IMG/VR virus record: IMGVR_UViG_3300027804_003127
DNA: 64,000 nucleotides
Source: a virus
Strand: one strand, 5' to 3'
The translations under genes were made by a program, and so were the position numbers. This document shows positions 1-8,867 of this stretch, one piece after another. The notes below the pieces were generated by a model. It saw only the letters and a list, made by a program, of their open reading frames with translations, was not told the origin of the DNA and searched no databases. The stretch's first letter is position 1, and the number at the start of each line of letters is the position of its first letter.

Positions 1-2
1 AC

Positions 3-476
3 ACGAAGTCGGCTCACAATCGACTGACCGAGGCGAAGCGCATTCTTGGCATCACCTGTGCTGCCTTTGATAAGGCAGACGAGGAGATGCAGGCTTTGAT
101 CGCAAAGACTCTCACCGACGCAGAGGTGAAGTCTTACTACGACAAGATCATGCCTTTCGAGCCTCTGCCTGTCATGTCTGTTGGACAGAGTGCAGATGCC
201 TACGAGAGCGCAGTCGAGAAGGTCGAGCGAGCCAATCGTAAGGTTGAGCGAGCGCGTGACTCTTGGATCGCAACGCTTGAGATGGAGCGTATCGCTCTTG
301 GAGGCGGTTCGCCTACTCTGTGGCTCGCCATGAACAGCGTCACCAAGTGGACGCAGCATGAGCGCACCGTGCGTGGCGAGTCTACCGACCCCACGATGCG
401 GCTGTGGAGCAACCGCTTCTCTGACGGCTACGACCGTACCAACGAAGCGCATGACATCGCTGTGGCGATGCTCTGA
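3..476 (+). CDS. DUF932-family protein, C-terminal part (5' truncated by window)
   Basis: The frame is open from the window start (TKSAHNRLTEAKRILG). The TLWLAMNSVTKWTQHER...RLWSNRF motif is typical of DUF932. Confidence 0.75.
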   Translation, partial: TKSAHNRLTEAKRILGITCAAFDKADEEMQALIAKTLTDAEVKSYYDKIMPFEPLPVMSVGQSADAYESAVEKVERANRKVERARDSWIATLEMERIALGGGSPTLWLAMNSVTKWTQHERTVRGESTDPTMRLWSNRFSDGYDRTNEAHDIAVAML

Positions 477-555
477 TAGGACGATGGGGGGGGAGGGGCG
501 CAAGCCTCTCCCCCTTCCCATTCCCGAATCCCGAAAACGGGAAAGGAGTTAGAGC

Positions 556-1203
556 ATGAGCAACGAATGGAACTACGAAGCGTGGTTCGCCTCGCCTGAA
601 GGCATGAAGGCTATCAAGTCGATTGGGGAGCGTCACGGTCTTGACTTGAGTGAGATCAATGATCCGCGACTGATTGCCTGCATTATCGTGAACGCTGTTC
701 CGCAGTCATCGGCTTGGTTGCCAAAGTCTCTTGTCAACAAGGATGACGAAAGGGACGCCAAGCAACTGCTTGGACAGTTGGCTGGCGACTATCCCGATGA
801 GAATGAGATGTGTGGATGGCTTGCCCTACTGAAGCATGGTGTGTCCGATGTGTCTGTTCCATACTACGGTGGCACAGATCAGATTGATCTTGGAGATGAC
901 TTCGCCTTCTCTACGATTCACGGTAATACTGTGGACTCCAACGCTATTCTTGATGACTTCAAGAATGCGTCTGGGTCAAGTCTAGAGGACTACTTTTGGA
1001 ACGCCATTGACGACTCTGGAGCGGGAGATGGCACAACTTACTCATCGACTTGGATTACTTGCTTGATTCCCGAGTTCTCGCAGCACACTACTGATCCCGT
1101 TTGGGACGAGAACGAGCCTGATGAGTACGATGACTTTGAGATGGACTCGCCTACTGAAACTCCGCTTGGGGAACAGTTAGACGAGAACAATCCAACTGAA
1201 TAA
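556..1203 (+). CDS. hypothetical protein with acidic C-terminus
   Basis: 215-aa ORF directly after repeat copy 1, with an AAGGAG SD. Confidence 0.8.
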   Translation: MSNEWNYEAWFASPEGMKAIKSIGERHGLDLSEINDPRLIACIIVNAVPQSSAWLPKSLVNKDDERDAKQLLGQLAGDYPDENEMCGWLALLKHGVSDVSVPYYGGTDQIDLGDDFAFSTIHGNTVDSNAILDDFKNASGSSLEDYFWNAIDDSGAGDGTTYSSTWITCLIPEFSQHTTDPVWDENEPDEYDDFEMDSPTETPLGEQLDENNPTE

Positions 1204-1278
1204 GACTTATCGGGGGCGGTGGTTTCGGATAGCCGAGCCACCGCTCCCGAATCCCGAAAACTGTAGGGAGGTTAGGGC

Positions 1279-1479
1279 ATGGCTGCGAACTGTCAAAGAT
1301 GTTGGAAAGAAGCCAACTGCACTCAAATGAGTTTCTTCAACACGCAAATGTGTTGCATGAAGTGCATTGAGGAAGAGCGGAAGCATCCGAAGTACGCAGA
1401 AGCCAAAGCCGCTGAAGAGGCTGCTTTGAAGGCTGGCAACTTCAACTTTCAAGGGATTGGATACCCAAGCAACCGATAG
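1279..1479 (+). CDS. small Cys-rich (CxxC...CxxC) phage protein
   Basis: CQRC...CCMKC, GGAGG SD, follows repeat copy 2. Confidence 0.75.
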   Translation: MAANCQRCWKEANCTQMSFFNTQMCCMKCIEEERKHPKYAEAKAAEEAALKAGNFNFQGIGYPSNR

Positions 1480-1487
1480 GAGCCGAT

Positions 1488-2012
1488 ATGCCTAACTGGT
1501 GTGAGAACAAACTGACGATCTACGGAACGAAGGAAGAGCGCGCAGCGATCCGCGAGGCGGTCAAGGGATGCGTGGTTTCTGAAACCGCAAATGGGCATTT
1601 CAATATTTTGCCGCAAGATTTTGCGCTAGATGCGATTGTTCCAATGCCTGACCATATGCGATCAAAAGAAGATCCGCGCTGGAAGCCCGCGCCTCCGATG
1701 ACTTCAGATGAACTTCTTGATTCTATCGCGCAGGATGGAAAAGAGGTCTTTCCTGACTGGTATATGTGGAGGACGAACAACTGGGGAACCAAGTGGGAGG
1801 TCACTAATCCCATCGTCGTAGAGGAAAAGTCGAGATTGGTCATTGACTTTGAGACTGCGTGGTGTTATCCTCTACCGTGCATCACAGCACTGTCGCGCAG
1901 GTTTCCGACAGTCAAAATGAAGATTGCCTTCTACGAACCTGGATGTATCGGTCGCGGGAGTGCAACTCTGTTGAACGGATTTGTTATCCGTGAAACAGGT
2001 GTTGGCGTCTAA
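1488..2012 (+). CDS. DUF1281/YubB-like ferredoxin-fold protein
   Basis: MPNWCEN start, WYxWRxNNWGTKW, FETAWxxP and FYEPG motifs. Confidence 0.8.
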   Translation: MPNWCENKLTIYGTKEERAAIREAVKGCVVSETANGHFNILPQDFALDAIVPMPDHMRSKEDPRWKPAPPMTSDELLDSIAQDGKEVFPDWYMWRTNNWGTKWEVTNPIVVEEKSRLVIDFETAWCYPLPCITALSRRFPTVKMKIAFYEPGCIGRGSATLLNGFVIRETGVGV

Positions 2013-2157
2013 TACAAGATCTTTTCCCCCATGCGCTCCCCCGCTTCGCAAGAGGTGGGGTGAGCGTTTTTTCATTGAGTCGCTCCCCGCTCCCGAATCC
2101 CGAAAACTGGAGCGGGGTTAGGTCATCAGCGGCACAGCCGCAGAAAGGCAGACGAAC

Positions 2158-2574
2158 ATGGCTTTGCATTTTGATCTGACGGGAATCAGCGATCACGAGA
2201 ACATCTGCTACTACAAGAATGATGGCAACTACCTGATGGAGCCGACCACCAAGACCATCATCTTCTACATGATGGCTATTGAGGTGAGCAAGATCACGGC
2301 AGACAACATTCCCGAGGTGTTTGCTCGCATCTCTACTCTTGAGAAGTTGCTTGGCACATCTCTCTCAAAGGGCTTTGACGAGAATGGAGTCAGGATTCCC
2401 GTCTACATCACGCTTGATGATGTCTGCAAGCATGAGGGACTGATTACGAACGCATCCAACAGTTCTCGCACCGAGTTCTTGAAGAAGTGCAAGGACTGGA
2501 TCAAGAGAGACATCGACGACATCTTCAGTCAGACCAAGAAGAAGTTGGTTGAAAAGACTGCTATCTCTGCATAA
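2158..2574 (+). CDS. hypothetical phage protein
   Basis: 138-aa ORF after the conserved leader. Confidence 0.8.
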   Translation: MALHFDLTGISDHENICYYKNDGNYLMEPTTKTIIFYMMAIEVSKITADNIPEVFARISTLEKLLGTSLSKGFDENGVRIPVYITLDDVCKHEGLITNASNSSRTEFLKKCKDWIKRDIDDIFSQTKKKLVEKTAISA

Positions 2575-2584
2575 AGGAAGCAAA

Positions 2585-2953
2585 ATGCGCCCAAATGGAT
2601 ACCTGCCTTTCGACAGCGTTGACGGCTTGAACTGGGGTCAAGGTCTGTTCAATGCGGACTTTTGGAACAAGATCCTGTCCACATTGGACGGAGACAATAC
2701 GAGCGAAGTCCGCGCAGCCGCGCGAATCGTAGCCGCCATTGGAGGGCAAGAGCCAAGTCTGCTGCCATTCAATATGCTTCTTGTTGCGTCGAACAAGTTG
2801 AGGACGATGGTTGCTGATGAAGATTACATCAAGTCTTTTGACGATCCGATTGCTGCTCGCTATTCGATCCAAATGGACATTGATTGGCTTTCTACGATCA
2901 ACGACTACGCGAGGATGAAGCGCAATGATTGCGTGGTGACGCCGCAATCTTGA
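2585..2953 (+). CDS. hypothetical protein
   Basis: ATG at 2585 with an AAGGA SD. Confidence 0.7.
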   Translation: MRPNGYLPFDSVDGLNWGQGLFNADFWNKILSTLDGDNTSEVRAAARIVAAIGGQEPSLLPFNMLLVASNKLRTMVADEDYIKSFDDPIAARYSIQMDIDWLSTINDYARMKRNDCVVTPQS

Positions 2954-3000
2954 TGATCGCCACGCCCCCGAAACCCGAAAACTGGAACGGGGTTAGGGCG

Positions 3001-3070
3001 TGGGCTGAACGAACCTTTCTGCGGCGGGGCGGGGCGACTCAATCGGCGGGTTGCCCCGCCCCTCCCTTTT
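3001..3070 (+). ncRNA. candidate small RNA antisense to the cassette leader/SD
   Basis: Follows repeat copy 4. AACCTTTCTGCGGC (3012-3025) is the reverse complement of the leader GCCGCAGAAAGGTT. It is followed by a 13-bp hairpin (3026-3062) and TCCCTTTT. Confidence 0.6.
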
Positions 3071-3080
3071 GGAGCAGCAA

Positions 3081-3290
3081 ATGAACGAAAAGAGCAAGGA
3101 ACTGCTAGATGCGCTTTCAATGGCGAACATCCATCGTCGTTGGGCTAACTTGTACGAGAGGGTGATAGAGAGTCATCCCGACAGCACGATCACCTGCTGC
3201 GAGTGCGGATACACGATCTTGGGAGATGATCCCGCGATCACCGTTGTCTGCCTTCCATGCTTTGAAAAGAAAAACGGAGAAGATCAATGA
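3081..3290 (+). CDS. small Zn-finger-like protein
   Basis: CCECG...CLPC, GGAG SD. Confidence 0.65.
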   Translation: MNEKSKELLDALSMANIHRRWANLYERVIESHPDSTITCCECGYTILGDDPAITVVCLPCFEKKNGEDQ

Positions 3291-3529
3291 AGGACTACAC
3301 GGACATCTACCTCATCGGAAAGAGCCTCACATCTATGGTTCACGAGATTGAGGCTCTTCGTTCTGAAGTGCAAGCACTAACTGCGGAGCGCAACAAGTAC
3401 GAGCGTCTTTACAACGCTGCTGCTCGCGACTGTGATCGCCTTCATCAGACTTGGTGCGCTCACATTATGAACGGCGAAGTCAAGTTCGCTGAACCTGTGA
3501 ATCCATCAAAGGTCAACGATCAGTTCTAG
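3287..3529 (+). CDS. hypothetical coiled-coil protein
   Basis: ATGA overlap with the upstream gene. Confidence 0.7.
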   Translation: MKDYTDIYLIGKSLTSMVHEIEALRSEVQALTAERNKYERLYNAAARDCDRLHQTWCAHIMNGEVKFAEPVNPSKVNDQF

Positions 3530-3599
3530 CACCGCTCCCGAAACCCGAAAACTGGAGCGTGGTTAGGGCATGAGCGGCACAGCCGCAGAAGGGAATGTC

Positions 3600-3743
3600 A
3601 TGGAAGTCACCTTGACCTACTGTTTGATAGGTTCCAACATGGCGGTACTGCTTGCCTTCCTTTACGAGAAGCGCAACTTCCGTCTTACAAAGCGCGCCTC
3701 AAGTCGAAAGCGCGCGCCAAAGCGCAAGGAGGACGGCAAGTGA
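3600..3743 (+). CDS. 47-aa membrane peptide with basic tail (not in ORF track)
   Basis: MEVTLTYCLIGSNMAVLLAFLYEKRNFRLTKR..., directly after the conserved leader. Confidence 0.65.
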   Translation: MEVTLTYCLIGSNMAVLLAFLYEKRNFRLTKRASSRKRAPKRKEDGK

Positions 3744-3898
3744 GCAACGCATTTGACTGGTTGGCAGAGCAGGCAGACAGACTCATGGAGATGTTCGTGA
3801 TGCTGTACCTGTTGGCAGTATGCGCATTTGCATTCCTGTCCATCCCGTTCTCGCTGGCATTGATCGCCTTCGCATTGATGAATGGAGGTACATCGTGA
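3740..3898 (+). CDS. 52-aa hydrophobic peptide (not in ORF track)
   Basis: GTGA coupling, AAGGAGG SD, long hydrophobic stretch. Confidence 0.6.
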   Translation: MSNAFDWLAEQADRLMEMFVMLYLLAVCAFAFLSIPFSLALIAFALMNGGTS

Positions 3899-4131
3899 AA
3901 GACACAGACATCATTGCGGCGATTGCGCCCGATGCAGTATCGCTGATGGACAAGGCAATCGCGGAGATCAAGCGACTGCGGCAGGAGAACGCAACCCTCA
4001 CCGCCGAGCGCGATGAGGCGAGGCGGGAACTTTGCCGCATCGAAAGTAGTGCATCAGGAGATCCAAACATGACGAGCCGTGCCGTTGCAGCGGATTGTGG
4101 TTGGGACTGCTTCAAGGAGGACGGCAAGTGA
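3895..4131 (+). CDS. hypothetical coiled-coil protein
   Basis: GTGA coupling, GGAGG SD. Confidence 0.65.
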   Translation: MKDTDIIAAIAPDAVSLMDKAIAEIKRLRQENATLTAERDEARRELCRIESSASGDPNMTSRAVAADCGWDCFKEDGK

Positions 4132-4499
4132 GCGACAAGCAGGCGGCGTGGATCGACCGCCTTGTGGATGAGGCGAAGAATCCCGTCGAGATTCCCGACC
4201 TGACTCCGATCATTGAGGCTTTCAAGACTACCTCTGTGAAGTTCCCCAAGATCAAGGGAGTCATTGACGGTACTGAAGTCGTGATCTCGTGGACTGCGCC
4301 TGATTCGGCGCATCCGAAGGTCAAGGACGAGAACCGTGGCACTTGCGCGATCAATACGGGCAAGTACGGCGACCCGAACGCGAAGTTCTACGGTCGCATC
4401 AAGACAGACGGATCGCTTGCCGCAGGTCGTGACCTGAACGCAGCGGTTGTGTCTTGGCTGAAGGAAGTTGCGGAGAATCCGCAGCCGCAGGGCAAGTGA
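4128..4499 (+). CDS. hypothetical protein, N-terminally shorter paralog of 11036..11509
   Basis: Shares WIDRL.DEA.NP, FPKI.G..DG.E, GRI..DGS...GRDL and VAENPQP.GK with that ORF. Confidence 0.8.
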   Translation: MSDKQAAWIDRLVDEAKNPVEIPDLTPIIEAFKTTSVKFPKIKGVIDGTEVVISWTAPDSAHPKVKDENRGTCAINTGKYGDPNAKFYGRIKTDGSLAAGRDLNAAVVSWLKEVAENPQPQGK

Positions 4500-4574
4500 C
4501 CGAACAAGGGTAGGGAGGGGAGCGATCCTCTCCCTACCCGCATTGTTTCCGAATCACGAAAACGGGGGACAAAA

Positions 4575-4889
4575 ATGACTCTTGAATGCAATCAGTTCTT
4601 CATTGACATCATTGAGAAGGAGCATCATCCCGTGTGCTGCTATGTCATCACGGCATACGATGTCATGGTTGAGTTGAATGTGACGGAGGAAGTTGCTTCC
4701 GTCATTGTCGAGAGGATGCGGGAGTCAAATGACGCCGTGTGGCAGTCCATTTGGCGTGATGCACACTTTGAGTACGATCAAATCAAGGCTCAAGACCCGC
4801 TTCTTGAGTTGATTGACACGGTAAGGGACTCCCCGCCCCCGAATCCCGAAAACGGGGAAGCGGTTAGCGAGTCGGGGAAGATCAAGTAG
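4575..4889 (+). CDS. hypothetical protein (C-terminus reads through a repeat copy)
   Basis: ORF track; its PPNPENG segment is the translated repeat. Confidence 0.6.
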   Translation: MTLECNQFFIDIIEKEHHPVCCYVITAYDVMVELNVTEEVASVIVERMRESNDAVWQSIWRDAHFEYDQIKAQDPLLELIDTVRDSPPPNPENGEAVSESGKIK

Positions 4890-5045
4890 CGTATTCGCGG
4901 CGGCGAATACACCCTCCCAAGTTGCGTGGTGGCTTGGGGTCTGGAGGGCTAAACACCTGTGCAATCCCGTAATGAGCCGCAGCGGGATAAGATAAAGGCT
5001 CCCATGCCTGTTGGCGGTATCCCGTCATCAGGCATTTCCATTGAC
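4870..5045 (+). ncRNA. candidate structured RNA cassette (four hairpins)
   Basis: No SD-led ORF between repeat copies 7 and 8. Stems at 4891-4910, 4912-4948, 4964-4988 and 5004-5035. Confidence 0.55.
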
Positions 5046-5124
5046 AAGGCTCCCCGCTCCCGAATCCCGAAAACTGGATCGGGGTTATGTCATCAGCGGC
5101 AAAGCCGCAGAAAGGCAGATAGAC

Positions 5125-5496
5125 ATGGCTGACAAGAAGATGCTGAAGATCGGCGCGAACGGCAAGATCGAGGTGGTCGCCTACACGGGATACGAGTCTC
5201 TGCGCGATGGCGTTGGCGGCTACATCGAGTGCATCAGTCTCTCTGATACTGTTTCTCTGTGGTGTAACGAGAACGGCAAGTTGGACGGACTGCCACCGAA
5301 TATGTTTGCCACCATGCTGTTCGCAGAGGTCTTTGGCAATGCAGACATCATCGTTGGCGATTGCTGCGTTCTAGGTGGAGTCGATGAGGAAGGCGAGAGC
5401 CTGGAATGTCCGCAGGATGTCATCGACAAGGTGAAGCGTTGGGCTGATAAGTTGCAGCCCATGTGGGTGGTGAGCGGAGCGGGCGGACGCGAGTGA
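5125..5496 (+). CDS. DUF3846-family protein
   Basis: LRDGVGGYIE, LWCNENGKLDGLPPN and IIVGDC motifs. Confidence 0.8.
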   Translation: MADKKMLKIGANGKIEVVAYTGYESLRDGVGGYIECISLSDTVSLWCNENGKLDGLPPNMFATMLFAEVFGNADIIVGDCCVLGGVDEEGESLECPQDVIDKVKRWADKLQPMWVVSGAGGRE

Positions 5497-5565
5497 GGCG
5501 CGCCCCCGAATCCCGAAAACTGGAATGAAGTTAGGGTGTAGCGAGAACACTCGCAGAAAGGACAG

Positions 5566-5973
5566 ATGATGCAGACGACGAATATCGCGCTAGATGTCAA
5601 GTCGAGTGCAGCCGCCGCAATCGTGAAGGAGATCGTTGAGCCTACCGAGGGCTTTACGAGCGGCAAGATCACGGTGGAGTTTGACTTCACCTGCGACAAG
5701 GGTGCAGACGAGACTTACACGGCTGTGCAGGAACTTTGCCCGTGGACTCTCGTGGCAGTCCTCATGTCGAAGATCAATGGAGTCACGCAGGATGTCGTTC
5801 TCGACATGATCCCCGAGATCATGGCTATGTCCGACAAGCAGCGCAAGGTGCTGCGCGAGACTCTCAAGGACACCACCACGCAGCGTCTTGAGGAGATGGG
5901 TGCGATGGTGCAGAAGGTGCGCGCTGGCAAGTGCCGTATCGAAGTGATCGGCTCTGCTACCGTGCAGAAGTAG
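5566..5973 (+). CDS. hypothetical protein
   Basis: 135-aa ORF after the conserved leader. Confidence 0.8.
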   Translation: MMQTTNIALDVKSSAAAAIVKEIVEPTEGFTSGKITVEFDFTCDKGADETYTAVQELCPWTLVAVLMSKINGVTQDVVLDMIPEIMAMSDKQRKVLRETLKDTTTQRLEEMGAMVQKVRAGKCRIEVIGSATVQK

Positions 5974-6063
5974 GACGAAAGATGGGGGAGGGGAGAAATC
6001 CTCTCCCCCGTCTTATTCCCGAAACCCGAAAACTGGAACGAAGTTAGGTCACAGGAGGCAACC

Positions 6064-6240
6064 ATGCGAATCCGAGAGTGTACCTGCGATAGTGGGGAAT
6101 GGGGTACTGAACAGTACGATGCAAGGGGTATCTACCTCTGCATTACCTGTCCCGAGTGTCACGATAAGAAGATGTCCGCTTATCGTCCTGAAGTCCTCAC
6201 AGACTCTAACTACGAGTGTTGTGAGGACATTGAACCGTAA
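6064..6240 (+). CDS. 58-aa Cys-rich protein (not in ORF track)
   Basis: MRIRECTCDSGE...YDARGIYLCITCPECH..., AGGAGG SD. Confidence 0.75.
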   Translation: MRIRECTCDSGEWGTEQYDARGIYLCITCPECHDKKMSAYRPEVLTDSNYECCEDIEP

Positions 6241-6318
6241 GGCTCCCCGTCCCCGAAACCCGAAAACGGGGAAGCAGTTAGGTCATCAGCGGGGCAATCC
6301 CGCAGAAAGGACAGACGC

Positions 6319-6600
6319 ATGAGTTTCTACGCAAGCGACACGGGATGGGCAATCTCGTACAAGAACGGATGGTCGGTGTCCGTCAAGTTCAGCGAATCCC
6401 ACTATTCGGCGCAAGCCGCAGGAAAGTGGGTCAGCGCAGAAGTCGCGGTCTTTAGACCGAACGGCGACTTCTATCCCTTGACGGAGGATGACGATGTCAA
6501 GGGATGGCAGACTCCCGAAGAGGTCACGCAGATCATGCTGTGGGCTGAAAGTCAGCCCAATAGCAGCGGTGACTACAAGGTGGAATCTGTGTCCTACTGA
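6319..6600 (+). CDS. hypothetical phage protein
   Basis: NGWSVSV...AEVAV...DDVKGWQTPEEV pattern; follows the leader. Confidence 0.75.
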   Translation: MSFYASDTGWAISYKNGWSVSVKFSESHYSAQAAGKWVSAEVAVFRPNGDFYPLTEDDDVKGWQTPEEVTQIMLWAESQPNSSGDYKVESVSY

Positions 6601-6716
6601 ATACTGAAGGGGGGAAGGCGAAGCCTTCCCCCCTTCACCCCCCCGCCGCCCCCGAATCCCGAAAACTGGAGCGGGGTTAGGGTGTGGCGAGAACACTCGC
6701 AGAAAGGTTGGCGCAG

Positions 6717-6908
6717 ATGCACATTCAGTTGTTTGCCAAGAAGGACTGCAAGTTGTGCAAGGGCAAGGGCGAAGTTCAGGAACCGCACGGTGAGGTTCTT
6801 GACTGCGACTGCATCTACGATCAGTCTGCTTACACGGATGAGCAGATTGACGAGGCAATCGCGAAGGGTACGATTGAGATTGTTTCAGCCTACTGGGAGG
6901 GCAAATGA
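6717..6908 (+). CDS. small Zn-ribbon-like protein
   Basis: CKLCKGKG...CDC; ATG after the AGAAAGG leader. Confidence 0.7.
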   Translation: MHIQLFAKKDCKLCKGKGEVQEPHGEVLDCDCIYDQSAYTDEQIDEAIAKGTIEIVSAYWEGK

Positions 6909-7216
6909 GCGAATACAACGGATGGAGTAGCCGCGCCACATGGAACATCGTCCTGTGGCTGACCAACGACGAGCGCGCTTACAACGCCGCTCGCGCTCGC
7001 ATCGGTGCTTTCGAGCAGCCGTTGAGCAAGGGTGACGCGCGACACATCGTGCAGTTCGCTCTTGGTCACATGACGCCCGATGGCGTCAAGACAAGCGATC
7101 CGACGATCTCTTGGGAAGAGATCCTTGAGACTTTGATCGAACTCTCCCCGAATCCCGAAAACGGGAGCGGGGTTGTGTCATCAGCGGCACAGCCGCAGAA
7201 GGGCAGCAACACATGA
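6905..7216 (+). CDS. conserved phage hypothetical protein (YNGW..TW..LW..NDE type); reads through a repeat
   Basis: N-terminal motif and ATGA coupling. Confidence 0.75.
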   Translation: MSEYNGWSSRATWNIVLWLTNDERAYNAARARIGAFEQPLSKGDARHIVQFALGHMTPDGVKTSDPTISWEEILETLIELSPNPENGSGVVSSAAQPQKGSNT

Positions 7217-7437
7217 GCGGAACTAGGACGATCACGAAGCGGTGCGTTCAGACGGGGAAGAACTACAGCGTCACCGTTGACGATGACGCATTCTTCAGGT
7301 GGGTCAACGGGGAACTCGCGCAGCGAGCGTTCCCGAACATGAATCCAGCCGATAGGGAGTTTCTCATCAGCGGAATCTCTCCCGAAGGTTGGCAGCAAAT
7401 CTTTGGAGACAAGGAAGAGGCAGATACGGGGGCGTAA
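7213..7437 (+). CDS. conserved phage hypothetical protein
   Basis: Q.AFP.M...DREFLISGI.PE.W motif; follows the leader. Confidence 0.75.
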   Translation: MSGTRTITKRCVQTGKNYSVTVDDDAFFRWVNGELAQRAFPNMNPADREFLISGISPEGWQQIFGDKEEADTGA

Positions 7438-7500
7438 GCCCCCGTTGTCTGCCTCCCGAATCCCGAAAACTGTAACGAAGTTAGGTCACAGGAGGCAACC

Positions 7501-7731
7501 ATGCGTAATCCCAAGAACGGACTGTGGGTAGTGACCTTTCATCAGGAGCATTGCTACGAGAGCGATGCCGCTACTGAATGGGGCGATGATGTCCCGTACA
7601 TCGAGAGCATTGTTGTGGACGCGAATAGCGATCACGATGCTCGCAAGAAGGCGAAGAACGCAATCGTTGCATACGGGAAGATCACGATTGTGAGCGCGTT
7701 CCCGATGACCTCAATCTTCCATCGCGCATAA
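7501..7731 (+). CDS. hypothetical protein
   Basis: AGGAGG SD; leader identical to that of 6064. Confidence 0.7.
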   Translation: MRNPKNGLWVVTFHQEHCYESDAATEWGDDVPYIESIVVDANSDHDARKKAKNAIVAYGKITIVSAFPMTSIFHRA

Positions 7732-7828
7732 AAAACGCGGGAATCAATAGAGCACCGCCCCCGAATCCAGAAAACTGGAGCGGGGTTAGGGTGTAAGCGG
7801 GGCAATCCCGCAGAAAGGCAGACTGAAC

Positions 7829-8239
7829 ATGAGTTATGGAGAAGATCGTCCTCTTGTTGGTATCAAGGGCATCGTGATCGCAGCATCCATCATCATTTCG
7901 TGCATCGGTGGGTGTACGATTGGCTATCCTCACTACAAGGTGTGGAGCGCCACGATGGATGGCGAAGCAGAGTACGCTCAAGCCGAGCAGAACCGCAGAA
8001 TCGCGGTTCTTGAAGCCGAAGCGGAACTACAGTCGGCAAAGGCACTTGCCGCTGCGGAAGTCGAGCGAGCGAAGGGTGTTGCTGAAGCCAACGCCATCAT
8101 TGGACAGAGCCTCAAGGACAACGAAGCGTACCTGCGCTGGCAGTGGATCAAGAACCTCGAAAGCGGTTCTAATAGCGTGATCTATGTTCCTACAGAAGCG
8201 GGGCTTCCCATCCTTGAAGCGGGGAAGCGAGACAAGTAA
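7829..8239 (+). CDS. membrane-anchored coiled-coil protein (SPFH/band-7 C-terminal-like)
   Basis: N-terminal TM segment, EVERAKGVAEANAII...YLRW and VIYVPTEAGLPILEA. Confidence 0.7.
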   Translation: MSYGEDRPLVGIKGIVIAASIIISCIGGCTIGYPHYKVWSATMDGEAEYAQAEQNRRIAVLEAEAELQSAKALAAAEVERAKGVAEANAIIGQSLKDNEAYLRWQWIKNLESGSNSVIYVPTEAGLPILEAGKRDK

Positions 8240-8364
8240 CCTTTCCGAAGAGGGCGCGCTCCACAGGGGGTGCGCCCTCTTTGTTTCGACGCCAGCCCCC
8301 GAATCCCGAAAACGGGAGCGGGGTTAGGGTGTAAGCGGGGCAATCCCGCAGAAAGGACAGACGC

Positions 8365-8673
8365 ATGAAGGAAGTCAGTCTTTCAGAGCGTCCCGCTGAT
8401 TACAGCGCGGACAACGGCAAGGGTGCGCCAACCCATGTCCAACTCAAGTCCACGAAGCGGTGGGTCAAGACTCCCGAGGGCTACCATCGTCGCCCAGAGG
8501 GATGGATGAGTCACATCTACTACAGGTGTGAGGATGGATACGAATGGATCGAGACTCCAAGCATCGACTTGCTTGAGGAATGGCAGTCGGATTGCGTGTG
8601 TGAGACTCCAACGGGTGAGATGGTCGAGCCTGACCATCCCCGTTCATGGTTGTTCATCCTGGGACTCATCTAA
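8365..8673 (+). CDS. hypothetical phage protein
   Basis: C-terminal VEPD...SWL..LGLI motif; follows the leader. Confidence 0.75.
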   Translation: MKEVSLSERPADYSADNGKGAPTHVQLKSTKRWVKTPEGYHRRPEGWMSHIYYRCEDGYEWIETPSIDLLEEWQSDCVCETPTGEMVEPDHPRSWLFILGLI

Positions 8674-8719
8674 ACGAGCAATGTGCGGGGGGAGGGAGCG
8701 CTACCTCTCCCCGCACGAG

Positions 8720-8777
8720 ACTGAAGCGCACCGCACCGTGCCGCACCGCGCTACTGAAGCGCACCGCACCGTGCCGC
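8720..8777 (+). repeat. 25-bp direct repeat x2 (ACTGAAGCGCACCGCACCGTGCCGC)
   Basis: Copies at 8720-8744 and 8753-8777. Confidence 0.9.
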
Positions 8778-8867
8778 GCAAATGAAACGCCCCTCGCTCC
8801 CGAAACCAGAAAACGGGAGCGAGGGGCATACTCTTTAGCAACATAGTTGCTGGAAAGGTGGAGAGTA

